From an uncultured Syntrophaceae bacterium (lineage in GTDB: Bacteria; Desulfobacterota; BSN033; UBA1163): 52,507 nt of DNA. A program made the position numbers and the translations under genes. Numbering within the stretch: position 1 is the first letter of the stretch; every line of letters starts with the position of its first letter. Below the pieces are notes generated by a model. The model saw nothing but the letters and a program-made list of their open reading frames with translations. It searched no databases and was not told the DNA's origin. The stretch covers positions 1-52,507 of the forward strand of contig CAZMWF010000122.1 in the NCBI GenBank assembly GCA_964570075.1, given 5' to 3'. Of the stretch, positions 18,118 through 27,063 are shown one piece after another.

Positions 18118-18158
18118 ATTTATTGAGATCAGGAATCTTTCATAAGGAGGGAGAGAGG

Positions 18159-19583
18159 GTGCCCGAAACGAGGATATTGGTCGTAGATGATGAGATGATC
18201 GTTTGTGAAAGTTGTAAACGGATCCTTGAAGATGAAGGATATGAGGTGGAGATTGCTTTAAGCGGGAAAGAAGCCTTTGAAAAGATGCGAGAGAGGCCCT
18301 TTGATATTGTGATTACGGACCTTAAAATGCCAGGGATCGATGGGATGGAGGTATTAAGAACGATCCGGAAGGAATATCCTCAAACTATTGTCATCATGAT
18401 TACAGGCTTCTCCACGGTGGAGACCGCTGTAGAGGCGATGAAATTAGGGGCTTTTGACTACATTCCCAAGCCCTTTACCCCTGACGAAGTCCTGGTCGTA
18501 GTCGGCAAGGCGGTCGAGCAAAAAAGCCTTCTCTTGGAAAATCTTTATCTTCGACAGGAGCTTCAAGAAAAATATGGGTTTGACAATATAGTAGGAAAAA
18601 GCAAAAAGATGCAGGAGATCTATCGAATCATCACAAAGGTTGCGCCAACCGACAGTACGGTTCTCATCTATGGGCAGAGCGGAACCGGAAAGGAGTTAAT
18701 CGCTCGAGCCATCCATTTTAACAGCCCGAGAAGGGAGAAGCCTTTTGTCCCGGTGGACTGCGCCGTTCTCTCCGAGAATCTCCTGGAAAGTGAACTCTTT
18801 GGGCATGTCAGAGGGTCTTTTACTGGAGCAGTAAGCACCAAGCCCGGGCTTTTCGAGGTGGCTGATGGAGGCACCCTCTTCCTTGATGAGATCGGCAATA
18901 TCAGTTTGGCCATTCAGGCCAAGCTCCTCAGAGTTCTTCAGGAGAGAGAATTTCTTCCCGTGGGAGGGACAAAACCGAAAAAAGTGGATATTCGTTTAAT
19001 TGCCGCAACCAATAAGGATCTGGAAAAGATGATTAAAGAAGGTACCTTTCGAGAGGATCTCTATTATCGGCTCAATATCGTTCCTATCTTTCTCCCTCCC
19101 CTTAAAGAACGCCAAGAGGATATCCCCCTGTTGGCGATGCATTTTTTGAAGAAATATTCGGAACAGATGGGGAAGAAGATCAAGGGATTCACTCCGGAAG
19201 CCATGGGAAAATTGCTGAAATATTCATGGCCAGGAAATGTAAGGGAATTGGAGAATGTGATCGAGAGAACCGTGGTGATGACCGATGAGGAGATGGTTCG
19301 AGAGGAACATCTTATCCTTCCAGGTCAATCCGAAAAAGAGGGGATATATAGAAAGATCCCCGAGACGAGTGAAGAACTGAAGGAGATCAAAAAACAACTT
19401 CGAGAAAAGGCCGTTGAAGAGATAGAAAGGGCATTTGTGTTGAATGCCCTGGAAAAAAATCAATGGAATGTGACCAAGGCGGCCGAAGATGTAGGGATGC
19501 TTAGACCCAATTTTCAGGCATTAATGAGGAAATATAATCTGAGGGTAAGGGAAGAGAAGGATAGTGGTGGAATAATGGAATAA
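18159..19583 (+). CDS. Sigma-54-dependent response regulator (NtrC family: REC, AAA+ and HTH domains)
   Basis: REC domain (ILVVDDE, ITDLKMPGIDG), Walker A GQSGTGKE, ESELFGH, GSFTGA (GAFTGA-type loop) and a C-terminal HTH. GTG 18159 lies 8 nt after AAGGAGG; the track ORF starts at TTG 18123. Confidence 0.9.
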   Translation: MPETRILVVDDEMIVCESCKRILEDEGYEVEIALSGKEAFEKMRERPFDIVITDLKMPGIDGMEVLRTIRKEYPQTIVIMITGFSTVETAVEAMKLGAFDYIPKPFTPDEVLVVVGKAVEQKSLLLENLYLRQELQEKYGFDNIVGKSKKMQEIYRIITKVAPTDSTVLIYGQSGTGKELIARAIHFNSPRREKPFVPVDCAVLSENLLESELFGHVRGSFTGAVSTKPGLFEVADGGTLFLDEIGNISLAIQAKLLRVLQEREFLPVGGTKPKKVDIRLIAATNKDLEKMIKEGTFREDLYYRLNIVPIFLPPLKERQEDIPLLAMHFLKKYSEQMGKKIKGFTPEAMGKLLKYSWPGNVRELENVIERTVVMTDEEMVREEHLILPGQSEKEGIYRKIPETSEELKEIKKQLREKAVEEIERAFVLNALEKNQWNVTKAAEDVGMLRPNFQALMRKYNLRVREEKDSGGIME

Positions 19584-19610
19584 TGGAAGAATGGAATATT
19601 GGAATAATGG
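19571..19610 (+). repeat. Five tandem 8-mers (AATAATGG consensus)
   Basis: AATAATGG, AATAATGG, AAGAATGG, AATATTGG, AATAATGG. The repeat spans the stop codon of the response-regulator gene. Confidence 0.85.
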
Positions 19611-19670
19611 GGAAATATATATTTCTTAAAACGATCGTTTAAACCAGTAACCCCACTATTCCAATATTCC
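19593..19670. repeat. 20-bp inverted repeat with a nested palindrome
   Basis: GGAATATTGGAATAATGGGG (19593-19612) pairs with CCCCACTATTCCAATATTCC (19651-19670) at 19 of 20 positions. The 38-nt loop contains the perfect palindrome AAACGATCGTTT. Confidence 0.8.
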
Positions 19671-19689
19671 CAAGAAAGAGCAAATTGTA

Positions 19690-19896
19690 GTGTCAGATTT
19701 CTTCAAATGGTTAATTATCGGCTGGTCTATCGTAGTCGTAGGAATTGCTGCCCTCGGGTTAATTCTTATAGTTAAATATGGAGAGATTAAAAAGATCGAG
19801 ACAGATGATGTAAGCCTCTGTTTTATAATAGCTTTTTTTTGTTGGCTCATTCCGATTATCGCCTTCTCTATCTTGGCCCGAACCTTAGGTTTTTAA
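19690..19896 (+). CDS. Small two-TM membrane protein (hypothetical)
   Basis: 68 aa with two strongly hydrophobic helices. GTG start with a weak RBS. It competes with an antisense ORF at 19656-19850. Confidence 0.35.
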   Translation: MSDFFKWLIIGWSIVVVGIAALGLILIVKYGEIKKIETDDVSLCFIIAFFCWLIPIIAFSILARTLGF

Positions 19897-20085
19897 TGGA
19901 TAAGTGTATAAATATTTTATTTTTTATGAAAACTAATCAATTCAGATAATTAGTGAATTTTTGCTCAAATTAAGAAAAAAATAGTATATTTTTTATATAC
20001 ATTTTGAAGGACGTTATTGCGGGTGGGGTTGGAAAAAATTTAATAATTTCAAATAATTAAATTAATTTCTCTTTTCTTTTTAATT

Positions 20086-20101
20086 TGGCATATGAAATGC
20101 A
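20086..20101 (+). promoter_or_regulatory. Sigma-54 (-24/-12) promoter
   Basis: TGGCATATGAAATGCA has GG and GC at the consensus spacing of TGGCACG-N4-TTGCW. It lies 76 nt upstream of the cytochrome c start, inside a very AT-rich 280-bp intergenic region, and a sigma-54 activator gene is immediately upstream. Confidence 0.65.
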
Positions 20102-20176
20102 ATATTAACGTTAAACCAAAAATGATTTCGGTGGGGTTCAATTATCTTAAATGGTAGAGAAATTCAGGGGGTTATC

Positions 20177-21445
20177 ATGAGAGGAAAAGAAGGTAAACAT
20201 AAACCTTTAATTCTCTTTTTAGTGATTCTTTCTTTCTTCGTCATATGGATTATCTCGATAGATAAGGGATGGGCAAAAAACAGTTTTTGTTTTGAATGTC
20301 ACAAAGATGAAACTTTAAAAAAGCAGGATGAGAGGGGAAGGACGATCTCCCTCTATGTCAATGAAACGGAATTTAAAAATTCAGCCCATGGAAAGCTCTC
20401 TTGTTCTGATTGCCATGTCCATATTAAAGATGATGCTCACGCAGGAGGGGGGAAGAAAAAGGCTGATAAAAAGGTCAACTGCGGTTCTTGCCATAGTGAG
20501 GCAGAGAAGGAATACTTCCAGGGACTCCATTCGAAAATGATCATGAAAGGCACCGAAAGGGCCGCCTATTGCCATGAGTGTCATGGGAAACATGATATTT
20601 TCCCGAGTAAAAATCCTAAATCAAAGACCCACAAGTCTAACATCGATCAAACCTGCAATCGCTGTCACTCCGATATCGAGTTTGTGAGAGAACACGCCTT
20701 GGGTTCGATTATCCCTGGAGAGGAATTCAAAAAGAGTGTTCATGGGAAGTCCGGGGAGGTGACCTGCATCAGTTGCCACGGGAGTCATAATCTTAGGTCT
20801 TTGATCGATCCAAAATCTTCCATCTTTCGATCCAATATTCCTCAGACCTGTGGAGGTTGCCATCCTGAGATTACCCAGCAATTCGTGGAGAGTATCCATG
20901 GGATTTTAGCCGCGAGAGGAAGAACCGATGCTCCAACCTGTACGACCTGTCATGGAATTCATGGGATCAAGGCCAAAGTGGATCCCGATTCTCCTGTTCA
21001 TGAAAGGCGCATCGCTCTGACGACCTGTCCTCAATGCCATGCTGCAGAGAGGATTTCAAAAGAGTATAGGATTACGACCACACCGGTAAAGTCCTATTAC
21101 GAGAGTTTCCATGGTCTCTCCTATAGGGGAGGAGATACCTATTCAGCAAACTGTGCAAGCTGCCATGGCGTTCATGATATTCGGCCTTCGTCAGATCCCA
21201 AATCTTCTGTTCATCCAAGCAATCTCCAGAAGACCTGCGGGAACTGCCATCCCGGGGCTTCTGAGAACTTTGCCAGAGGAAAGATTCATGCCGTTGTGTC
21301 GGTAAAGGCGGAAGAGATAGGGGATAGGATCGTTGGATGGGTAAAGGTGATTTATATCGTATTAATTGTTGTGGTCATAGGTGGAATGGTATTCTTCAAT
21401 TTTACGGATTGGCTTCGAAAGACCATCGAACGAAGACCTAAATAA
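20177..21445 (+). CDS. Membrane-anchored multihaem cytochrome c (11 CxxCH motifs)
   Basis: 11 CxxCH motifs: CFECH, CSDCH, CGSCH, CHECH, CNRCH, CISCH, CGGCH, CTTCH, CPQCH, CASCH and CGNCH. It has an N-terminal signal/anchor and a C-terminal TM helix. GGGGG RBS. Confidence 0.9.
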   Translation: MRGKEGKHKPLILFLVILSFFVIWIISIDKGWAKNSFCFECHKDETLKKQDERGRTISLYVNETEFKNSAHGKLSCSDCHVHIKDDAHAGGGKKKADKKVNCGSCHSEAEKEYFQGLHSKMIMKGTERAAYCHECHGKHDIFPSKNPKSKTHKSNIDQTCNRCHSDIEFVREHALGSIIPGEEFKKSVHGKSGEVTCISCHGSHNLRSLIDPKSSIFRSNIPQTCGGCHPEITQQFVESIHGILAARGRTDAPTCTTCHGIHGIKAKVDPDSPVHERRIALTTCPQCHAAERISKEYRITTTPVKSYYESFHGLSYRGGDTYSANCASCHGVHDIRPSSDPKSSVHPSNLQKTCGNCHPGASENFARGKIHAVVSVKAEEIGDRIVGWVKVIYIVLIVVVIGGMVFFNFTDWLRKTIERRPK

Positions 21446-21461
21446 AGGGGAGTGGGCGAAA

Positions 21462-22298
21462 ATGCAAAAAAGATATCTCCGGATGACCCTCAATGAAAGG
21501 CTTCAGCATTTAAACCTCTTCATCAATTTTACCATCTTAGTCATCACGGGTTTTGCTCTGAGTTTTCCAACCGCCTTTTGGGCCTCTCCCATCACAGAGG
21601 TGCCAGCCGGAATGACCCTTCGAGGATTTCTCCATCGCCTCTCTGGAGTGGCCATTGTCTTCTTAGGTGGGTATCACCTTCTCTATTGCGCTTTTACGAA
21701 GAGAGGAAGGGGAATTATCAGGGATATGATCCCGACCTGGAAAGATGCTTTGGATTTGTGGGAGACGTTGAAAAACAATTTATTTATCAATCGTCCTGCT
21801 AAAGAGATTAAGATGGGTCGTTTTAATTTTAGAGAGAAATTTGAGTACTTTGGGTTGATCTGGGGCACTCTGGTTATGACCATTACGGGATTTATCCTGT
21901 GGTTCGAAGTGGAGTGGTTAAAATATTTCCCCCAATGGACCTATCATCTGGCTCGAACCATCCATTTCTATGAGGCGATCTTGGCGACCCTCACTATTAT
22001 CGTCTGGCACTTTTACTCCGTGATCTTTAACCCTGATGTCTACCCGATGAACTGGGCATGGATCACAGGGGAAATGACGGAGCATGAAATGGAATTGGAA
22101 CATGGTTTGGAGCTCGAACGGCTCAAAGCGGAATCCAAAACCCGACTGGTCGAATTTGGCGAGGCTTATGCAGAAGGAGGAGGAAAGGTGATTCCTCTCC
22201 ATCCGGAAGGAGAGATGAAATCACCCAGATCCATTCGCCGCCTTTACAGCATCGTTCAAAGCCTTAACGAGACCATCAAAAGCTGGAGGGGCGCATAA
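21462..22298 (+). CDS. Membrane b-type cytochrome (FdnI/HydC-like cytochrome b family)
   Basis: 278 aa counted from ATG 21462 (MQKRYL...). It has 4-5 TM helices with conserved His residues (LQHLNL, FLHRLSG, GGYHLLY, IHFYEA, VWHFYS). The track ORF begins earlier and overlaps the cytochrome c gene. Confidence 0.75.
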   Translation: MQKRYLRMTLNERLQHLNLFINFTILVITGFALSFPTAFWASPITEVPAGMTLRGFLHRLSGVAIVFLGGYHLLYCAFTKRGRGIIRDMIPTWKDALDLWETLKNNLFINRPAKEIKMGRFNFREKFEYFGLIWGTLVMTITGFILWFEVEWLKYFPQWTYHLARTIHFYEAILATLTIIVWHFYSVIFNPDVYPMNWAWITGEMTEHEMELEHGLELERLKAESKTRLVEFGEAYAEGGGKVIPLHPEGEMKSPRSIRRLYSIVQSLNETIKSWRGA

Positions 22299-22321
22299 TT
22301 GAAAAAAGGGGGTGAAGGCTT

Positions 22322-22489
22322 ATGTCAGAAAACATTCATGAACGTTATGGACCTTATCCCAAGAGAAAAGGAAAGAAAAAGGTCAGAACGAATGGAGGCC
22401 CTTTCTTGAAAAGAACCTTTGAATGGCTCAAATGGAAGCTGGATCGAGTTGGAGGGATGAACATCTATCGTCCCTGCTTAGAGCATTAA
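22322..22489 (+). CDS. Small basic hypothetical protein (55 aa, below the track cutoff)
   Basis: ATG 22322 is preceded by GGGGGTGA. Translation: MSENIHERYGPYPKRKGKKKVRTNGGPFLKRTFEWLKWKLDRVGGMNIYRPCLEH. The terminator follows. Confidence 0.35.
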   Translation: MSENIHERYGPYPKRKGKKKVRTNGGPFLKRTFEWLKWKLDRVGGMNIYRPCLEH

Positions 22490-22538
22490 GGGAAATCAAA
22501 AGTCCAGAATCTCATCTTATCCTTGAAAAGGATTTTTT

Positions 22539-22610
22539 AGCCCTATATATCCTCTTACTCCCACCATCCAAACCCCACCCAATCTAAGAAGGATATATAG
22601 GGCTTTTTTT
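22539..22610 (+). terminator. Rho-independent terminator with a long C-rich loop
   Basis: A perfect 15-bp stem AGCCCTATATATCCT/AGGATATATAGGGCT, extendable by CTTA/TAAG, followed by a T7 tract. A weak hairpin plus T6 at 22519-22538 immediately precedes it. Confidence 0.75.
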
Positions 22611-22671
22611 AATTCCTCGATGTCCTAAACTCCTCTAAGAAGGTAAGTGCCTCCCCCATTATTGTTCCCCC

Positions 22672-22796
22672 GTATTCCCTAACAAGAGGATGGAAATAAA
22701 TTTTAGCCCGACAGGGGTATTTCCGAAACCTATAGAACGTGGATGCATCCTTCAGGCTTATTCTCCACCTCTGAGTGATGGATTCCATTCTTCCAT
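22672..22796 (+). mobile_element. MITE copy E (internally deleted and decayed, 125 bp)
   Basis: GTATTCCCTAAC...TAGCCCGACAGGGGTATTTCCGAAACCTATAGAACGTGGATG joined to CATCCTTCAGGCTTATTCTCCACCTCTGAGTGATGGATTCC. The flanking 8-mers GTTCCCCC and ATTCTTCC match at only 5 of 8 positions. Confidence 0.7.
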
Positions 22797-22832
22797 TATT
22801 ATTCATTGTAGATCCGGGGAGAACGTGTTAAT

Positions 22833-24266
22833 ATGAAAACACGAAAGAGAGGATGGGGGTTCTTTTTGAGGATTCAAAAAAGGGTTTTCATCCTTTTTTT
22901 TACTTTTCTCTTCTTTCTTGGCCACCTCGATCATGACCAGGTCAGAGCCCTGACCACCACCGAGGAGAAGAAGTTAGGAGAGAAGATTCTTCTCGAAATG
23001 GAAAGAAATGTAGAGTGGGTGAGGGACCTTATCCTCGATCATTATATTCGTCAAATAGGGGAAACCTTAGTTTTCCATGCAGGACCGACTCCCTTTGAAT
23101 TCAAGTTTCATCTCATCAAACACTCCGAACCCAATGCCTATGCGATTCCAGGGGGTCATATTTTTTTGACCACGGGTCTGCTCGCCCTGGCAGAGAATGA
23201 GCAGGAGCTTGCAGGGGTGATCAGTCACGAAATCGCCCATGTGATGGCCCGACACGTGGCCAAGATGATCGAGAGGTCGAAGCGAATCAACATCGCCACC
23301 ATGGCTGCCATCCTGGCTGGAGTACTCGTAGGAGGAGGGGGGAAGACATCAGAAGCTGTGGCTACGACGGCGATGGCCACGGCAGAAGCCCTCGCCTTAA
23401 AATATACTCGGGAGATGGAGATTGAAGCAGATCAAAACAGTCTTCGATACATGATCAAGTCGGGTTATGACCCCCACGGGCTGATGACATTTATGAATAA
23501 GATTTATAAATTGAGCCTCACTTCGTCCCCTAAAATTCCTATCTACCTTTCGACCCATCCCGCTATTGAAGATCGAATCTCTCTCATGGAAAATCTTCTT
23601 CAAACCGTGTCTAAGTCTGAAACCCCCTTTCGAACCGCAGGGAACTATGAGAAGATTCAAGCCAGGGCTCTGGTAGAGGATCGAGAGCCTCGAGTTGCTG
23701 TCATCCATTTTCAGTCCCTGGTGGATGAGGGCTCGAAAAAGGTAGAGGCCTATTATGGCTTGGGACTCGCTTATCGGAAAATGGGGCGATTCGATAAGTC
23801 GATCGAAGCTTTTCAGTCAGGGTTGAGCTATCATCCCCGAGACCCTGATCTTCTCCGGGAGCTTGGGATTGTTTATTTCCTTTCAGGGAAACCCGAGCAG
23901 GCCTTGAGCTATCTGGAGCCCCTCCTTTCGATCTCTAAAGAGCAGGAGGTAGATCCCTTGACCCTCTTTTATTTAGGGAGGGTTTATCAGGAATTAGGGG
24001 ATGTGAATAGGGCAGGGACCCTTTTTCAAAAAGTTCAAAAGAGGCATCCTGAATTCATCGATGTGTATCATAGCCTTGGATCCATTTATGGGAGGCTCGG
24101 ACAGAAGGGGCTTTCCCACTTCTTTTTCGGGAAGTATTTTAAATTGAAGAGGGATAAAAAGAATGCCCTTCTGCATTTCCGAACTGCCTTAGAAGGGCTG
24201 GAACGAGGAAGCATGGAACGGGAGGAGGCACAAAAGGAAATTAAAGAATTGACATCCTCCCCATAA
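22833..24266 (+). CDS. M48-family Zn metalloprotease with C-terminal TPR repeats (BepA-like)
   Basis: HEIAHV (HExxH) and an N-terminal signal-like hydrophobic stretch, with TPR-like repeats in the C-terminal half. The start could instead be TTG 22866. Confidence 0.8.
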   Translation: MKTRKRGWGFFLRIQKRVFILFFTFLFFLGHLDHDQVRALTTTEEKKLGEKILLEMERNVEWVRDLILDHYIRQIGETLVFHAGPTPFEFKFHLIKHSEPNAYAIPGGHIFLTTGLLALAENEQELAGVISHEIAHVMARHVAKMIERSKRINIATMAAILAGVLVGGGGKTSEAVATTAMATAEALALKYTREMEIEADQNSLRYMIKSGYDPHGLMTFMNKIYKLSLTSSPKIPIYLSTHPAIEDRISLMENLLQTVSKSETPFRTAGNYEKIQARALVEDREPRVAVIHFQSLVDEGSKKVEAYYGLGLAYRKMGRFDKSIEAFQSGLSYHPRDPDLLRELGIVYFLSGKPEQALSYLEPLLSISKEQEVDPLTLFYLGRVYQELGDVNRAGTLFQKVQKRHPEFIDVYHSLGSIYGRLGQKGLSHFFFGKYFKLKRDKKNALLHFRTALEGLERGSMEREEAQKEIKELTSSP

Positions 24267-24354
24267 AAAAGTAACTTAATAAAAGAATTTAACCCCACCA
24301 TAGAATTTTGGTAAAGTAGAATAAGAGCGTTGAGGGATCTCAGAAAGCCCTACT

Positions 24355-27063
24355 ATGGAGTCGAAGATGAGGAGGGAGAAAAAGAAAGGTCAAGAGACAG
24401 CAAGAGTAAATCAGGAGCTTTCCATTCTTCATAGCATTACCCAAAGTATCAATGAATCGATCGATCTGGATGAGATTTTAAATAAAAGTCTCGATAAGAT
24501 TGTGGAATTGACCGATGTGAAATCTGCGGGAATCTATCTCCTCGATGAAAATGAACAGGAATTGGTCTATGTCGCCCATCGAGGATTTTCAAAAACCTTT
24601 TCCAAAGGGATGAAACATTTTAAATTAGGAAGAGGAGCGACAGGAAGAGTGGCCCTCTCAGGAGAACCTCTTTTTATCGAAGACTATCCCAATTATCCTG
24701 ATGCGATCCCGTTGGCCATCGAAGAAGGGATAAAATCGCTCGCCGTGATTCCTTTGAAGACCAGCAATAGAATCTATGGGACGTTAAATATTGCCCGCCG
24801 AGAGTTTTACTCCTTCACCCCTTTTAGCAAAAACCTCTTTACCTCCATTGGTCAAATTATTAGCAGTGCTTTGGAGAGGGCCTTCCTTTACTCCGAGAAT
24901 GTGAAACGCCTCGAAGAGCTGAGGACTCTTTACTCGATCGGTCAGGAGATCGCCTCCAAACTCGAATTGAATGTCATCCTCCAGAAGATTATGGAGAAGG
25001 CGATCGAGCTTTTAAGAGCGGAAGCAGGAGCAGTGGCCCTTTGGGATCATCGGAATCAAACTTATCGGTATGTTCTCATCTACGGACTCCCTGACTCCAT
25101 GATAGGGAGGGAGGTCTCTCTCGATTCGAAAGGAGTGATCGGAGAAGTCTTAAAGAAAAAGGTTCCGGTCCATTATGGAAATTACGAACGAAATCCAAAC
25201 CGATTAAAGGAGCTGGACGAGTATCATTTCCAGGAGGTCATTGGGGTTCCCTTGATTGTCAGAGAGATGGTCATCGGGGCCATGACGATCGGAACCTCCA
25301 ATCCCAAGAGACATTTTCGAAAGGAAGAGGTCGAACTCCTTTCAAACTTCGCTCAACAGGCAGGGGTCGCCATTGGGAATGCCCAACTCTACGAGGACTC
25401 TCTATTAAAGATTAAACAGTTAACGACTCTCTACGAGATTGGGAAACAACTCTCTTCGACGCTCGATCTGGATGAACTCCTGAGGAAGGCCCTTATTCTA
25501 CTGAAGGAACAGTGGGGCTATCCTCTCTGCAGTATCCTCTTTTTGGATCGAGAAAGAAATGAACTCTATGTTCGGCAGGTCATCGGAAAGGATCTGGAAG
25601 AGGTGAAACATTTACGGTTTAGAGTGGGGATAGACGGGATTGTGGGGTGGGTAGCCCAACAAGGTGAGCCCCTTTATGTTCCAGACGTCTCAAAAGATTC
25701 AAGATATATTTTAGAACTTCCGGAGGTGAGGTCAGAGGTCGCCTTTCCAATAAAAGTGAGAGACCAGATCATTGGGGTTCTCGATATTGAGAGTTATGAA
25801 AGGATGGCCTTCGACGAAGAATCCCTCAAAACCCTCTCCTCCTTTTGCAGTCAGATAAGCATCTCTATCGAAAATGCCCAACTTTTTTCTGAACTCAAGC
25901 AGACCCTCGTCGAGTTGAAAAGGGCCCAGGAACAGATGATTCAGATTGAGAAATTGAGAGCCATGGGGGAGATGGCCAGCGGAGTGGCTCACGATTTCAA
26001 TAACGTTCTGGCTGTGATTCTCGGAAATATTCAGCTTCTCCTTCATCAATTTCATCAGTTAGGCCCCGAAGAGATCCAGGAGAGATTAAGGGTCATTGAA
26101 AAGGCCTCTAAGGATGGGGCTGAGACGGTTCGACGCATTCAGGAGTTTACAGGGATTAAAAAAGATTACTCCTTCATTTCCTTGGACCTGAATGAGATCC
26201 TCCGAGAGGTCGCCATCATCACTGAACCTCGCTGGAAAGATCAGGCTCAACAGAGGGGAGTTCAAATCCAACTCACTCTCCAATTAGGTGAGATTTCTCC
26301 CATTATGGGAAATCCCTCCGAATTGAGAGAGGTATTGACGAATATGGTCTTCAATGCCGTAGATGCGATGCCTCACGGGGGGAAGATTACCCTTTCCACC
26401 CATCCTCATTCAGAGGATTGGGTGGAACTGAGGGTTTCCGATACTGGGATAGGAATGTCCGAAGAGGTCAAGAGGAGGATATTTGATCCATTCTTTACGA
26501 CCAAAGGAGTGGGTAGTTCGGGTCTGGGCCTAAGTGTCTCCTATGGAATTATTAAACGCCATGGAGGAGAAATTTTAGTGGAGAGCGAGATCGGAAAGGG
26601 AACGACCTTCATCATCCATCTTCCCAAGGGGTATGAAGAGGAGAGGGGAGAGGTGAAAAAAAGAGAGACATGGGCGCCCGATCAGAAACGCCAAGCCCGA
26701 ATTTTGGTGATCGATGATGAGGACCCCGTAAGGGAGATTCTTTCCAAGATGCTCATGTCGAAAGGGCATCAAGTGGCTGTGGCCTCCAATGGGGAGGAAG
26801 GGATTGAACGATTTAAACAGGAAGAGTTCGATCTTGTCTTTACAGACTTAGGGATGCCCAAAATCTCAGGCTGGGAAGTGGGGAAGACGATTAAACGATT
26901 GAATCCAAAGATTCCCGTGGCAATGATTACAGGATGGGGGATGGAATTGAATCGAGAGAAGATGAAGGAGAACGGAATTGACCTGGTCGTCTCGAAACCC
27001 TTTAATTTTGACCAGGTCATTGAAATCGTTTCGGAAGCCTTAGAGTTAAAGGAGAAGATGTAA
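24355..27063 (+). CDS. Hybrid sensor histidine kinase (multiple GAF domains, HisKA, HATPase, REC)
   Basis: 902 aa with repeated GAF-like modules, H-box GVAHDFNNVL, DTGIGM and GLGLSVS, and a C-terminal REC domain (ILVIDDE, FTDLGMPKISG). Confidence 0.9.
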   Translation: MESKMRREKKKGQETARVNQELSILHSITQSINESIDLDEILNKSLDKIVELTDVKSAGIYLLDENEQELVYVAHRGFSKTFSKGMKHFKLGRGATGRVALSGEPLFIEDYPNYPDAIPLAIEEGIKSLAVIPLKTSNRIYGTLNIARREFYSFTPFSKNLFTSIGQIISSALERAFLYSENVKRLEELRTLYSIGQEIASKLELNVILQKIMEKAIELLRAEAGAVALWDHRNQTYRYVLIYGLPDSMIGREVSLDSKGVIGEVLKKKVPVHYGNYERNPNRLKELDEYHFQEVIGVPLIVREMVIGAMTIGTSNPKRHFRKEEVELLSNFAQQAGVAIGNAQLYEDSLLKIKQLTTLYEIGKQLSSTLDLDELLRKALILLKEQWGYPLCSILFLDRERNELYVRQVIGKDLEEVKHLRFRVGIDGIVGWVAQQGEPLYVPDVSKDSRYILELPEVRSEVAFPIKVRDQIIGVLDIESYERMAFDEESLKTLSSFCSQISISIENAQLFSELKQTLVELKRAQEQMIQIEKLRAMGEMASGVAHDFNNVLAVILGNIQLLLHQFHQLGPEEIQERLRVIEKASKDGAETVRRIQEFTGIKKDYSFISLDLNEILREVAIITEPRWKDQAQQRGVQIQLTLQLGEISPIMGNPSELREVLTNMVFNAVDAMPHGGKITLSTHPHSEDWVELRVSDTGIGMSEEVKRRIFDPFFTTKGVGSSGLGLSVSYGIIKRHGGEILVESEIGKGTTFIIHLPKGYEEERGEVKKRETWAPDQKRQARILVIDDEDPVREILSKMLMSKGHQVAVASNGEEGIERFKQEEFDLVFTDLGMPKISGWEVGKTIKRLNPKIPVAMITGWGMELNREKMKENGIDLVVSKPFNFDQVIEIVSEALELKEKM

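Noticed and set aside
18838-18849. Perfect palindrome AAGCCCGGGCTT, which resembles the MITE arm AAGCCCGA.../...TCGGGCTT
   Set aside because: It lies inside the conserved AAA+ region of the response regulator (codons for KPGLF). No other MITE sequence flanks it, so it is a chance match.
19897-20176. The AT-rich 280-bp intergenic block as a replication origin or a horizontally acquired island boundary
   Set aside because: I saw no DnaA-box-like TTATCCACA motifs, no flanking tRNA or integrase, and no compositional shift in the adjacent genes. It is better explained as a sigma-54 promoter and enhancer region.
22609-22806. 65-aa minus-strand ORF
   Set aside because: It lies entirely over MITE copy E and the flank of the terminator, and it has no RBS. 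It is almost certainly spurious.
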